Source: Eledone cirrhosa | Taxonomy: Eukaryota | NCBI GenBank assembly: GCA_964016885.1 | Contig: OZ024763.1 | Span: 12,524,001 to 12,588,000 of the forward strand | Direction of reading: 5' to 3' | DNA length: 64,000 nt | In this document: positions 1-13,649 of the stretch, in pieces | Layout of the letters: each line of letters starts with the position of its first letter | How positions within the stretch are numbered: the stretch's first letter is position 1 | Notes under the pieces: model-generated | What the model was told of the DNA's origin: nothing | Seen by the model: the letters and a program-made list of their open reading frames with translations, nothing else | Databases searched by the model: none | Made by a program: the position numbers and the translations under genes

Positions 1-106
1 GTAGTACTTAACTTCTGTATGAATAAACCAATATGGCGGAGATGAGAAGGTAACATGTGTATTTATCTACTGACTCTTAGCCGCCATTGTTTAGGTCAGT
101 TACTTC

Positions 107-830
107 CACCAACACCACTACCACCACTACCATCACTACCACCACTACCACTAACACCACCACTACTACCACCAACACCACCACTACTACCACCAGCACC
201 AACACTACCACCAGCACCAACACTACCACCAACACCACCACCATTACCGCCACTACCACCACTACCACTACCACCAACACCACCACCATTACCGCCACTA
301 CCACCACTACCACTACCACCAACACCACCACTACCACCAACACCACTGCTATCACCACCACCATCACTACCACCAACACCACCACTACCACCAACACCAC
401 TACTATCACTACCACCACCACTACCACCAACACCACTGCTATCACCACCACCATCACCACCACCAACACCACCACCAACACCACTACTATCACTACCACC
501 ACCACTACCACCAACACCACCACTACCACCAACACTACTGCTATCACCACCACCATCACTACCACCAACACCACCACTACCACCTACACCACTACTATCA
601 CTACCACCATCACTACCACCACCACTACCACCACCACTACCACCAACACCACTACCACCACCACCACCAACACCACTACCACCACTACCACCATCACCAG
701 TACCACTAACACCACCACACTCATCACCAACACTATCACCACTATTAATACCATCAACACCATTAATACCACCAATATCAACATCACAATCACATCGACC
801 ACAACCGCCACCGATCGCCACCGCTCCCTA
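107..830. repeat. (ACC/ACT)n-type degenerate trinucleotide array
   Basis: Continuous CCA/CTA/ACA triplets; the overlapping Pro/Thr/Val/Gly ORFs are repeat artefacts. Confidence 0.95.
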
Positions 831-1065
831 GACTACGTCCTAGTTGGCCTTAATGGTGAGCACCATTCCTATTTACACTGTTAACTTCCCCACTGTAATT
901 ATATATGTTATTGATGTATTTCACATGTATCCAACTTCACCGTCTGAAATCTTATTGAAAAAAGGATTATGTTAAGTGATGTTGATTTAAAATATATAAT
1001 GGTCGGACAAGGGTTAAGCTTGCTTTATCTGTTGCCTGCTTTCATAATACTCATAAGTGGATCTG

Positions 1066-2361
1066 TTGGTGGTATTAATGGTGGTGGTATTAATGGTGGT
1101 GGTAGTGATATTGGTGGTGGTATTAATGGTGGTGGTAGTGATATTGGTGGTATTAATGTTGGTGGTATCAATGGTGGTGGTATTAATGGTGGTGGTATTA
1201 ATGGTGGTGGTATCAATGGTGGTGGTAGTGATATTGGTGGTATTAATGGTGGTGGTATCAATGGTGGTGGTATCAATGGTGGTGGTATTAATGGTGGTGG
1301 TATTAATGGTGGTGGTAGTGATGGTGGTGGTATTAATGGTGGTGGTATTAATGGCGGTGGTAGTGATGGTGGTGGTATTAATGGTGGTGGTATTAATGGC
1401 GGTGGTATTAATGGTGGTGGTAGTGATATTGGTGGTATTAATGTTGGTGGTATCAATGGTGGTGGTATTAATGGTGGTGGTATTAATGGTGGTGGTATTA
1501 ATGGTGGTGGTATTAATGGTGGTGGTATTAATGGTGGTGGTATCAATGGTGGTGGTATTAATGGTGGTGGTAGTGATGGTGGTGGTATTAATGGTGGTGG
1601 TATTAATGGCGGTGGTATTAATGGTGGTGGTAGTGATATTGGTGGTATTAATGTTGGTGGTATCAATGGTGGTGGTATTAATGGTGGTGGTATTAATGGT
1701 GGTGGTATTAATGGTGGTGGTATTAATGGTGGTGGTATTAATGGTGGTGGTATCAATGGTGGTGGTATTAATGGTGGTGGTATTAATGGTGGTGGTATCA
1801 ATGGTGGTGGTATTAATGGTGGTGGTATTAATGGTGGTGGTATTAATGGTGGTGGTATTAATGGTGGTGGTATTAATGGTGGTGGTATCAATGGTGGTGG
1901 TATTAATGGTGGTGGTATCAATGGTGGTGGTATTAATGGTGGTGGTATTAATGGTGGTGGTATTAATGGTGGTGGTATCAATGGTGGTGGTATCAATGGT
2001 GGTGGTATTAATGGTGGTGGTATTAATGGTCGTGGTAGTGATGGTGGTGGTATTAATGGTGGTGGTATTAATGGTGGTGGTATTAATGGTGGTGGTATTA
2101 ATGGTGGTGGTATTAATGGTGGTGGTAGTGATATTGGTGGTATTAATGGTGGTGGTATTAATGGTGGTGGTATTAATGGTGGTGGTATTAATGGTGGTGG
2201 TATTAATGGTGGTGGTATCAATGGTGGTGGTATTAATGGTGGTGGTAGTGATATTGGTGGTATTAATGGTGGTGGTATTAATGGTCGTGGTATTAATGGT
2301 GGTGGTATTAATGGTGGTGGTAGTGATATTGGTGCTGATGTTGAAATTGGTGGTATTAATG
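1066..2361. repeat. 15-bp minisatellite (GGTGGTATTAATGGT)n with variant units
   Basis: Roughly 85 units; variants ATCAAT, AGTGAT(ATT), GGC, GTT and CGT recur in higher-order blocks. Confidence 0.95.
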
Positions 2362-2844
2362 GCGGAGATTGTGGTGGTGGTGTCGACTCAAACAGTCCAA
2401 AATCAGCAGCTGGGAAACCGAAAACCTGCCCGGCTGACCAACTTGCTTAGAAAGGAAGAAGTAGACGCACAGCAGGCTGGATGTCTTGTGTAATGTTGCT
2501 CTTCGCCGGCCTGGGGTCACGCTGTCTATTCACCCCCCCCCCCCCCCAACTTTACATCGACTGTCTTTACCACGCTGCCAGCCTCAGACCTACTACTGCT
2601 CTCGCTACCAACCACACACCAACTCCCACATTGGCAACTCCGCCGGTTTAAATAGTCTACCCTCCATTAAAACACACCACAAACCCGTGCCACATACTTC
2701 AAACCAGTCACGCGATCCATTGTTCGTTTTTCCTCGCTTTCTTTTGTAGATCTGGGGAGCAGTGTTTCGAATTCGAGTGAAACCATTTGCAGCTAATAAT
2801 TGACTTTACAAATCACCTTCGTAGCAATGTATACTATGTATAAA

Positions 2845-3033
2845 TAATTATTTCCACTTTTGGCACAAGGCCAGCAATTACCCCAGTGCATTACTGGTAC
2901 TTTACTTTATCGAACCCGTAAGGATGAAAGGCAAAGTTAACCTCGGCTGGATTTGAACTCAGAATGGCAAGGGCCGTAACTATGCGTCAAAGCATGGCGT
3001 CCGACCCTCTACCGATACTCCCAATCCACCGCC
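2845..3033 (-). mobile_element. tRNA-derived SINE, family A (near full length)
   Basis: Minus strand reads GGCGGTGGATTGGGAGTATCGG (A-box-like) ... GAGTTCAAATCC (B box), then the core AACTTTGCCTTTCATCCTTACGGGTTCGATAAAGTAAAGTACCAG; at least 8 copies in the window. Confidence 0.9.
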
Positions 3034-3200
3034 TATTGGTTTTATATAATGAAGCTTATAAAGCTATTTTATTATCATGTATAGAGGGTTGCTCAGCTCT
3101 TTGTGGACAGTTGCAGTAGTTTTGTAAAAGAAGCTTATGTCATGGAAGAGCTTTATTTGAGAAAAGTTGGCATGAATAATGTTGAAATTTATTGATATAT

Positions 3201-3432
3201 CTACTCAATGAATACGTCGTTAGTATCAATGGCTGCTTCAATAGAAAGTCTAATACAATGTCCGAATCAGATGATCTTTATCTATTTTGGATATTGTACT
3301 AGTTATGGCGGACTTTAGAAATTCTATTGTGTCATTGAGACGTTGATTGACTTCCCTCTCGGCGACACCCATATGTAGAAGTCCAATGATTTCAAATCTG
3401 GCGAGCTATGAGGCCATATGTTTGGGGTTAAG
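3201..3432 (-). mobile_element. Tc1/mariner-superfamily transposase C-terminal remnant
   Basis: Minus-strand translation LTPNIWPHSSPDLKSLDFYIWGVAEREVNQ...LKSAI resembles the WPPNSPDLNPLDY.WG motif; disrupted further downstream. Confidence 0.85.
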
Positions 3433-3639
3433 TTATGTTCCAAACATCAGCTTAATAACAAGAAAGTTATATTACTAAATTCTTAAAAATTCCTGATTAT
3501 TTTCAAAATGATTTGAAAATCATTGGCAGTGTTTTTCATTAGAAATATGGCAACGAAAGAGTTAACGTAGCTGTCAGAGGAGATTCAGTGTAAAACGAGT
3601 GACAATTACAGGTACAACTCATTTTTGTTGTATTCCAGC

Positions 3640-3760
3640 TGGGTTGAGAAGAAATAAATCGTCTTGCCGAAGGACACAACACACTGCCGTGACTGGGAAT
3701 CGAACTCACGACGGTACCACCGTGAGCCGAACAAGCTATCCACAAAGCCACGCTCCTTCA
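3640..3760 (-). mobile_element. tRNA-derived SINE, family B (degenerate)
   Basis: Minus strand GAAGGAGCGTGGCTTTGTGG...GAGTTCGATTCCC...GTGTTGTGTCCTTCGGCAAGACGATTTATTTC is homologous to 24827-24950. Confidence 0.75.
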
Positions 3761-4354
3761 CAACAATAATACAGTGAATGAAGTGACATAAATCATTTAC
3801 CGGATGTTCATTATACACCGGAAATCGAACTCACAACCCTACGATCGTCAGCTAAACACCGTAACCAGTAAGCCAGGCAGGTGAATGGAGCAGCATAAAT
3901 GATTCAGCGAATGATTGGTTATTGATGCCCGGATCAATAGTTGTGCTCTGCTCATATCTCTTGGATTCTTCTACTAAACCAATCAAAGTAAGCCGCCATA
4001 AAAAGCAATCGATCAGAAGGTGATATGAAATCAATTATAAGTCGAAGCAATAAAATCTCCATAAAGGACGGCAGGGTGGGGGTGGGGGAGTTTGCACCAA
4101 TTTGCAGACGATAGTCGTTGTCGTCGTCCGCTTGGTTAGTTGGTTGTTATTATATTTGAAAGAAAGCAGACGATATTTATGTATGTACGCATGTATGTAT
4201 GTACGTCTGTATGTATATGTGTGTGTACTGAGGAGAAAGAGAGAGAGAGAGAGAGACGGAGAGACAGAGAGGATGAAAGAGAGAATAAAGAAACAGTAAA
4301 TGGGCAGGTGGCAGTCATTCGGTGATAATATTAGAAAGAAAGCAGACGAGAGCG

Positions 4355-4390
<36 letters not shown>

Positions 4391-4419
4391 CTATATACAC
4401 ACATATATATATATATATA

Positions 4420-5090
4420 GAATGAGAGCGAAAGAGGAAGAGAGAGAGTTAGAGGGGAGCGAAAGAGGAAGAGAGAGAGAGAGTGAGAGAAGAGCGAAAG
4501 AGGAAGAGAGAGTGAGAGAAGAGCGAGAGAGAGAGAGAAGAGCGAAAGAAAGAGAGTGAGAGAAGAGCGAGAGAGAGAGAGAAGAGCGAAAGAAAGAGAG
4601 TGAGAGAAATGCGAAAGAAAGAGTGAGAGAGAAGAGCGAAAGAAAGAGAGAGAGAGAAGAGCGAAAGAAAGAGAGTGAGAGAAGAGCGAAAGAAAGAGAG
4701 TGAGAGAAGAGCGAAAGAAAGAGAGAGTAGAGCGAAAGAAAGGGAGTGAGAGAGAGTGAAAGAAGAGGGAAAGACAGAGAGTGAGAGAAGAGCGAAAGAA
4801 AGAGAGAGAGAAAAGAGCGAAAGAAAGAGGGTGAGAGAAGAGCGAAAGAAAGAGAGTGGGAGAAGAGCGAAAGAAAGAGAGAGAGAGAGAGTATAGCGAA
4901 AGAAAGGGAGTGAGAGAGAGTGAGAGAAGAGCGAAAGAAAGGGAGAGAGAGAGAAGAGCGAAAGAAAGGGAGAGAGAGAAGAGCGAAAGAAAGGGAGAGA
5001 GAGAGAAGAGCGAAAGAAAGAGAGAGAGAGAGAGAGAAGAGCGAAAGAAAGGGAGAGAGAGAGAAGAGCGAAAGAAAGGGAGAGAAGAGG
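4420..5090. repeat. GA-rich minisatellite, ~24-bp unit (GAGAGAAGAGCGAAAGAAAGA)
   Basis: GAGCGAAAG recurs inside a GA microsatellite background. Confidence 0.9.
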
Positions 5091-5427
5091 AGGTGGGAAT
5101 AACAGAGAAGTGAGATGCCACTGAAAGAGCAAAAGAGAAAGAAAAATAGAAAAATAGAGCACGTATATTATAGTGGAGGTAGGAGGAGGAGAAAGAGGAG
5201 AGCGGAAGAAGGGAGGAAGGAGAGTAAGAGAGAAGAGAAAAAGGAGAGGGTGGTGGGGGTGTGGGTGAGTAATCTAAGCCAAGTCATGTCAGATAAAATG
5301 TTGTATTCGCTGGCAAATTATTCCACCAATAACGAGGTGAAATGTATGGTTTTTCTCCTTGTATCAACAAGTCCTCGCTCGTAAAATGGCGCCTAACTGT
5401 AAAACCAATAAAAAAATAACAGAAGAG

Positions 5428-5473
<46 letters not shown>

Positions 5474-5574
5474 CTTATTTGCTCTCCATCCCACTTTCGC
5501 TCCTTCTCTCTCTCTCTCTCTTTTGCTCTCCCTCACTCTAATTCGCTCTCTCTTTCTCTCATTCAATCTTGTTT

Positions 5575-5649
<75 letters not shown>

Positions 5650-5906
5650 TACTCTTTTGCTTGCGCTTTCTCTAACTTTTTCTCTAGCTCGTTTGTTCTC
5701 TATCGTACTCTATTGCTCTCTATCACTCTCCCACCCTCTCTATACCCCTCCCACCATGTCTATCCCCTCTCTCCCCCCTCTTCTCTAAACACTACAGTGT
5801 CATGTAACAAGCTCAAGCCATTTATCTATTATTACCATTAGATCTTTTTTTCTGTCTTTGTTGTTCGTAGGTTTTATTTAGTTGTCTTCCTGATTGGCTT
5901 GTTTAG

Positions 5907-6022
5907 ATGGCGGCACGTGACTTAGTCGTCAAGGCATTCGGTTGACGACCCTTTGGCCGTCATTTCGATTCCTGGATTGAGCTGTGTGTTGTGTGTCCTT
6001 GAGTAAAACACTTTATTTCACC
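5907..6022 (+). mobile_element. tRNA-derived SINE, family B (degenerate)
   Basis: TTCGATTCCTGGA...GTGTCCTTGAGTAAAACACTTTATTTCAC matches the family B body. Confidence 0.7.
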
Positions 6023-6169
6023 TATTATTGGCATTTGGGGGAGCTGCTAGGCCCTCACGACGTTTTACCCGCTGGACAATGCGATAGGCTACCAGTAAAC
6101 AGCACTTGCTTTTTATAGAGGGTTAGTGGAGGAGATGAGTGATGATAACTTGAGTGTGTCTCTGGGCGC

Positions 6170-6640
6170 TGACAAGGACTGTCTGAGCAGACACGTCTGG
6201 AGCACTTCAGGCCTGGGATCGTAGAGAATTTCCAAAGATTCTTGCTATGACAGCGCTACTACTGAAGACCACAACCAACCCAAGACAAGCTTTACAGGCT
6301 TGGAAGTGCCAACAGCCGGATCTGTCCGAGATGCACACAGGGTGACGAAATCGTCATTCATGTTATCACAAAGTTGTGGACTTGTGTCGAACAGCTGCTA
6401 TCACGTGGAGGATAGATCCGGTTTTCAGTCGATTCTTTAGTGAAAATTAAACTGCCATCTTCCTGTAGAAGAGAGGCGTGGCAAGTCTTCTTCTGTCTGG
6501 TAGCCATGGTGAAGGAAGTTGTATGTTGCATTAGTTTAAAAGGATCGAGGACAGGAAGTTTCCACTCTGGCCATGTCATCAACTTCTTCAACTACCACTT
6601 GGGGAGGAAAGTGAGGGTAAAGAGGGAGGTGCTGCCTTTC
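6170..6640 (+). mobile_element. Tx1/L1-clade LINE ORF2 C-terminal (zinc-finger region) remnant
   Basis: Translates with frameshifts to FRPGIVENFQ..DKLYRLGSANSRICPRCTQGDEIVIH..LWTCVEQLLSR..FFCLVAMVKEVV; homologous to the DNFQ/CPRC segment at 32455-32590. Confidence 0.75.
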
Positions 6641-6655
6641 ACATGTGTTTTATGA

Positions 6656-6960
6656 AAGATGGATGTGCTTCACACGAGACGCCTGCGCTGGTATGGCCAT
6701 GTTGAGCGCAGTGAGGGCTGGATCAACAAAATGACGAATGTCAATCCAGGAGGCAGTAGAGGCTCAGGAAGACCAAAAAGGACTTGGATGGAGGACGTCC
6801 GTCAGAATCAAGCTAGGCTTGGTCTGGCCCAAGTGAGACCGGCGGACAGAAACACACGGAGCCGGACGCCAAGGAACGCTGTCAGGGAGGGCCTACCCCT
6901 ATTTGGGGACTGATTGTGTCCTGCATAATCAAAACCTGGATGATGATGATGATGGATGAG
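6656..6960 (+). mobile_element. RTE-like LINE 3' fragment with (TGA)n tail
   Basis: RRLRWYGHVER...GSRGSGRPKRTWMEDV is the typical C-terminus of RTE-group ORF2; followed by a short UTR and GATGATGATGATG. Confidence 0.85.
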
Positions 6961-7099
6961 AGCGACGAAATTGACCTGGTGGAATGGGCCTTCTCTGACT
7001 AAGAAACTGGGAGAGGGCTCTTTCAATGCCTGGGAAGTAACAGTAACCCGGGGTTTTCTGTGGGGTTCTTCCTGCAGTTACTAGAATATGAATCATTAA

Positions 7100-8840
7100 A
7101 TAGTGATGATGATGATGATGTTGTTGGTGGTGGTGTTGTTGGTGGTGATGCTGGTGGTGGTGTTGTTGGTGGTGGTGTTGGTGCTGTTGGTGGTGGTGAT
7201 GGTGGTGTCGGTGATGATGGTGGTGGTGGTGGTGGTGGTGATGATGGTGGTGGTGATGATGGTGGTGTTGGTGGTGATGGTGGTGTTGGTGGTGTTGGTG
7301 ATGATGGTGTTGGTGTTGGTGGTAGTGGTGTTGGTGGTGTTGTTGTTGTTGGTGGTGGTGTTGTTGGTGGTGATGGTGGTGGTGTTGGTGGTGTTGGTGG
7401 TGGTGGTGGTGGTGGTGCTGGTGATGATGGTGGTGATGGAGGTACTGTTGGTGGTGGTGGTGATGGTGGTGCTGTTGGTGTTGGTGGTGGTGTTGGTGAT
7501 GATGGTGGTGGTGTTGGTGGTGGTGGTGGTGATGATGGTGGTGGTGATGATGGTGGTGGTGATGGTGGTACTGTTGGTGGTGGTGTTGGTGGTGGTGCTG
7601 TTGGTGGTGGTGGTGTTGGTGGTGGTGCTGTTGGTGGTGGTGATGGTGGTGCTGTTGGTGGTGGTGTTGGTGATGGTGGTGATGGTGGTGCTGTTGGTGG
7701 TGGTGGTGGTGGTGATGGTGGTACTGTTGGTGGTGGTGTTGGTGATGGTGCTGTTGGTGGTGGTGGTGGTGGTGTTGGTGGTGGTGATGGTGGTGATGGT
7801 GGTGTTGGTGGTGCTGTTGGTGTTGGTGATGGTGGTGTTGGTGGTGATGCTGTTGGCATTGCTGTTGGTGGTGGTGGTGATGCTGTTGGTGGTGTTGGTG
7901 GTGGTGGTGGTGGTGGTGGTGTTGGTGGTGGTGGTGGTGGTGATGGTGGTGTTGGTGGTGCTGTTGGTGGTGGTGGTGGTGCTGTTGGTGTTGGTGATGG
8001 TGGTGTTGGTGGTGCTGTTGGTGGTGGTGGTGGTGATGGTGGTGTTGGTGGTGGTGGTGTTGGTGGTGGTGTTGGTGTTGGTGGTGGTGTCGTTGATGTT
8101 GGTGGTGATGGTGGTGATGGTGGTATTGTCGTAATGATGATGATGATGATGGTCACGATGATGATGATATACAATATGGTGGCCGAGGGTAAAAGTCAAA
8201 ATGGCTGCCGTGGTTATTAATTAGTTGAAAGGAAATATAATTACATGAAACCATGTGGAACGATAAAGACAATTTTATTGGGTGGAGGGGGGGGGGGGGG
8301 GGGGGGGCAAAGTGGAAATTAGTTTTGATATTGTTGAAGTGGTGGTGGTGGTGGTGGTTGTGTTGTTGTTGTGGTGGTGGTTGTGTTGTTGTGGTGGTGG
8401 TGGTGGTAGTGGTGGTGTGGTGTTGGAGGTGATGTTGTTGTTGTGGTGGTAGTGGTGGTGGTGGTGTTGTGGTGGTGGTGCTGGTGGTGTGGTGTTGGAG
8501 GTGGTGTTGTTGTGGTGGTGGTGGTGGTGGTGGTGGTGTTGTTGTTGTGGTGGTGGTGATAGTGGTGTTGTAGTGGTGGTGCTGGTGTTGGTGGTGGTGT
8601 GGTGTTGGAGGTGGTGTTGTTGTTGTGGTGGTGGTGTTGTGGTGTTGTTGTGGTGGTGGTGCTGTTGTTGTTGTTGGTGGTGGTGGTGTTGGTGGTGGTT
8701 GTTGTTGTGGTGGTGGTTGTGATGGTATTGTTGTTAGTGTTGATATTGTTAGAGGTGGCAGATGTGTTATTGTTGTTGTTGTTGGAGACAGTGTTGATGG
8801 TGGGGATGTTGTTTTATTGTTGTTGTTGGTGGTGGTAGTG
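7100..8840. repeat. (GGT/GTT/GAT)n degenerate trinucleotide arrays
   Basis: Two arrays (7100-8170 and 8340-8840) separated by a short unique spacer containing a poly-G run. Confidence 0.95.
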
Positions 8841-8919
8841 GCGGTGTTGATGGTGGGGATGCCGCTGCTGTTGTTGCTATGGTTGTTAGCGGATGTAGTG
8901 GTAAATGTGGGGATGATCC

Positions 8920-9305
8920 ATGATGATGACCACCACCACCACCACCATCACAACCACCACCATCACCACCATCACCACCATCATCACCATCACCACCATC
9001 ACCACCACCACCACCACCACCATCACCACCATCACCACCACCATCACCACCATCACCACCACCACCACCATCACCACCATCACCACCACCACCACCATCA
9101 TCACCACCACCATCACCACCATCACTACCACCACCACCACCACCACCACCATCATCACCACCATCACTACCAACACCACCACCACGACCACCATCATCAT
9201 CATCATCATCATCATCACCACCACCACCATCACCATCACCACCATCACCACCATCATCACCATCACCATCACCATCACCACCACCACCATCACCATCACC
9301 ATCAC
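8920..9305. repeat. (CAC/CAT)n array
   Basis: Source of the poly-His ORF artefact. Confidence 0.95.
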
Positions 9306-10955
9306 AATGGTTTCTAGTAATACATTTTCGGGGATTAACTCCCTTTGTTCTGACAGAGTTTTTATTACTGCCATATTTACTCTATTAAGCACATAAAAAT
9401 ATATACAAACATATACATGTATGTACATATGTATATATGTATGTATGTATATATACACATACATATACAATATATATATATAAACATATACATACATATA
9501 TATATATAACTACATACATATATATACATATAAATACACATACATTCATATACACACATACATATATACATACATATACATACATACATAATAGATACAA
9601 ACGTACACACATAATACATACATACATATATACATACACACATATATACATACATAATACATACACATATATATATATATACATAATACGTACACACATA
9701 TATACATACATAATACATACACACATATATACATACATAATACATACACACATATATACATACATACATACATACATACAAACACACATACATACACACA
9801 TATATACACATACAAACGAACACACACATATACACACACACATATACAAACAAACGCACCTAGACATACAAACAAACACACATACACACACACATATACA
9901 AACACACACACATATATACATACAAACACACACACATATACATACAAACATACACACACATACAAACAAACACACACACACAAACACACACACATACAAA
10001 CAAACACACACATATACATACACATACAAACAAACAAACATACACACACACACGCATACACATACACACATACAAACACACAAACACATACATACACACA
10101 TACAAACACACACACACATATACAAACACACACACGCACACACACATACACACATGTCTACATTGTTCGCTGGGCTGACTTCTTCCAAGTTATTTGTGTA
10201 TTGTATATCGTCCATCTTTTATGTTTCTGTTCTATTAATTTTCTGTTTGTCTATCGTTTCTTTTGTGTTATAAAGACTAACTGCCCCCAACCGTGGCCAC
10301 CACTCCATGGCTGGCGTCTAATGTTTATTGTTATTTATTACACTAATTCATAAGTCTCTCTCATGCATGCATAATCAGTTTATTGGTGTCAGGAGTCTAA
10401 AAAAAGAAAATGGCGGTTGTTGAGTGTTTAATTCGCTAATGTTGAATAATAAAGTGTGTGAATTGAAGAGCTTCAACTGGACACGCCATCGCCATCACCA
10501 TCATCATCATCATCATCAATACGGGAGAGCCAGTACAATATAAGTTAAAAACACAGCAATAAAAACTAGCGGAAAGAACCCCCCCCCCTCCACCCCACCC
10601 CAATGTTTCCATTAATAGCTTATATTTCATATAATTTCGGGGTTCAAAGGAAATGAATTGGAGTGTGTGATGTTGATGAACATTAAAAGGTCCCTAACCC
10701 TGAAAAGATCGCAAAATATCTGGTAAGAGGGGAAATGTGTTGGGTTTGTTTTTATTGTTTTATATTCCTCTCGGCTTTTGTGCCCAATATATGAAACTAT
10801 TATTTTATGTTCCTCTCATATTTACCCCAGGAGTTCTAATTTGTCTTTTATTGGGTTTCAAAAAAACAATGTTATGTGAATAGTAATCGGAAACAAGAAA
10901 GCAAACAATACAGCACAACAGTATAATGAAGAAATATATTAGTTTAATGCTTGCT

Positions 10956-11003
<48 letters not shown>

Positions 11004-11181
11004 ATAATATTATTATTTATACTTATATATACACTATATATAATTATAAACAGGAAAGGTCAGTAATTCTTTACCCCCTTATTACCAATAAGAAAAATAG
11101 CTCAATGCAAATACATCAGATGTTTTACAGAGCAGGAATATAAATTACAGAATAATCAAAACTATGTTCAAAACATTTTAT

Positions 11182-11228
11182 TGCTGACAATCGTTTCTTC
11201 CAAACTTTCGTTTGGAATCATCGGAGCA
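11182..11228 (-). ncRNA. Minimal type I hammerhead-like fold (U4C core variant)
   Basis: Minus strand: TGCT-CCGATGA-TTCCAAAC GAAA GTTTGGAA-GAAA-C GATT G-TC-AGCA, followed by AATAAA; 8-bp stem II closed by a GAAA tetraloop. Confidence 0.7.
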
Positions 11229-11883
11229 CTAGCAAAGTTTAGACATATAATTAACCTTCTTTTCCATAGAACAATTGTAAAGATACGTAGATGTTAGTGT
11301 TGTCATCAATAGTGTCATGTTTAAAGAGTGAAGATGGTGTGGTCAGTATCAGTGGATGTGACAAATATTATAAAAGTATAATACAACAATTATAGAAGAA
11401 TTAAAGAAGAAAGTTACTCGCAAAACGAGGACATTAGCGGTACATAGGGAAACGTATAGAGAGAGTGCAGATGTGTTAGGCATGTACAGAATAACCAGGT
11501 AAGAAACAAAGAATGGTACTAAGCATATATATCACAGTATGGCAAAGGTATCACATAATACAATACAGGTATAAAAGCAGACAGAGATGCGTGGGTATGA
11601 AAAGCAGTTTCTATGAAGTTTATGGTGGATGTAATGTGATTATTGTTCCGGTAATGTTCAAATATACATGTGTTGTGAGTATTAATATCAAGGTTTTCCT
11701 TTCCATTACATTGGTTATATTTTAGGAAATGTTTATCAGTAGCTACAACTATCGATTGTAGATTGGTCCTATTACAATCTTATCAAGAACAACTCTAACC
11801 CTTTTTATTTTCTTCGGTTGAGCGTTAAATGACACATTTTGATGAAGGTCACAAGTGTGATGGTGCCCGATGTGGGTCCAGAG

Positions 11884-12049
11884 CAGGGCTTCCTAAACTA
11901 TTTCAAACGCGGCACCCTTCTTGGTTCAGAAACTTTTGGGGGGTACCCTAAAGTAATACTGTTATATGGTCGTAATATAAATATACTCCTCTACTTTTTT
12001 TCAGGGAGGTCCAGACACACCTTTGTGGAACTCACTTTGGGGACCACTG
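11884..12049. mobile_element. hAT-type MITE (degenerate)
   Basis: Ends CAGGGCTTCCTAAACT and ACTTTGGGGACCACTG; TSD not clean. Confidence 0.6.
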
Positions 12050-12285
12050 ACCTATAGACAACAGGTCCAACACTAACAACTAGGCTATCTGCTGCTTTAG
12101 TTCTTTCATTGTTTTGGCACTGTATGGTTGGGTTTTGCCTACCGTAATTTTCAATTTGTCAAGCTGTCTAAACGTAATGTTATTACTCTAAGGGCCTGCC
12201 CTTATTGAGTGCTTTGCTACTCATTCCTTATTGTAGGTCGACTTTGCTTGGCCAGTGCCAAAGCTTCGATTTTACTTAGCTTCCA

Positions 12286-12338
<53 letters not shown>

Positions 12339-12343
<5 letters not shown>

Positions 12344-12529
12344 AACGAGTAGGACCCCGACGGCTGAGCTCAAGCCGTTTCGACGGCTAATTCTGGACGA
12401 ATTAGCCGTCGAAACGGCTTGAGCTCAGCCGTCGGGGTCCTACTCGTTCCTATTACCCACTCTACTACCATAAGTATTGAGTACTTTGGTGCGTTATGGT
12501 CCACCTGGTTCCTTACCACATTTCCTTCG

Positions 12530-12531
<2 letters not shown>
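12339..12531 (+). mobile_element. Foldback element between (TA)n tracts, Penelope-terminus-like family P1
   Basis: Perfect 55-bp inverted repeat (12339-12393 / 12399-12453) plus an ~80-bp tail; related copies at 37374, 38033, 50956 and 54401. Confidence 0.8.
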
Positions 12532-12573
<42 letters not shown>

Positions 12574-12654
12574 GTATATTGATTTGACCAACCAGTGTAC
12601 AGATCAATTATGAAGGAGATTGATTTTCAGACATAACACGTTAATATTGCGGTT

Positions 12655-12875
12655 GGTTGTTGTAGTTGTTGTTGGTTGTTGTTGTTGCTGTTATTGCTGT
12701 TGTAGTTGTTGTTGTTGGGGTTGTTACAGCTGTTATTGCAAGTATTGCTGTTGTTGTTGCTACTGCTGCTCGTGTTGTTGCGACTGCTGTTGTTGCTGCT
12801 ACAGTTGCTGTTGTTGTTGGTGCTGTTGTTGCTGCTACGGTTGTTGTTGTTGTTGTTGGTGCTGTTGTTGTAACA
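12655..12875. repeat. (GTT/GCT)n array
   Basis: Source of the poly-Cys/Val ORF artefacts. Confidence 0.9.
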
Positions 12876-13649
12876 GCTGCCGTGTTTACTGTAACATATG
12901 ATATTTATGCCACACCCCCGAGATGGTCACGTGGTTAGTGTATGTAGGGGGTGTATAGGTGTATGTAGGGGTGTGAGTTTGAATGCTTAGGTGTATGTGT
13001 TTGTGTGTGTGTGTAGGTGCGTGTAGCTATGTGTACATAAGTGTGTGTGTGTGTGCGAGTGTGTGTAGGTGTATGTGTGAGTGTGTGTATGTGTGTGTGT
13101 AGATGTGTATCTGTGCGTAGGTTTGTGTGAGTGTGTGTATGTGTGTGTGTGAGTGTGTGTATGTGTGTGTGTGAGTGTGTGTCTCTGTGTGTGTGAATGT
13201 GGATGTGCGACAAACGCGACGTAAGAGCAACATTGGTGGAGGGGGGGGAGAAGAGTTGTGTGACATACATGAAGAGTGTCACATGATGTCTTCTGAAAGA
13301 GACTTTCTGATGTTTCCCACAACAACCACACTACACCACCACCCCACCACCCCACCATACCACATAACACCACACCACTACACACATATGCAAACACATA
13401 TACATACACACACATGTACATACACACACCCGCGCACACCTATATATATATGTGTGTGTATGCATACATACAAATGTACACATACATACGTGCAATATAT
13501 ACATAACATATACATCTCATATATATATATATATAACATACGTACGTACGTACATACATACGTACACACATACATGCATATACACATACATGATGGCTGC
13601 CCCCTCGTTATCGAATATGGCTATTGCACGATATAACATTATTAAAGGC

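Noticed and set aside
55-884. Pro-, Thr-, Gly- and Val-rich ORFs in several frames
   Set aside because: Trinucleotide repeat lacking stops on both strands; no unique coding context.
8625-9396. Poly-His / poly-Thr ORFs
   Set aside because: (CAC/CAT)n microsatellite.
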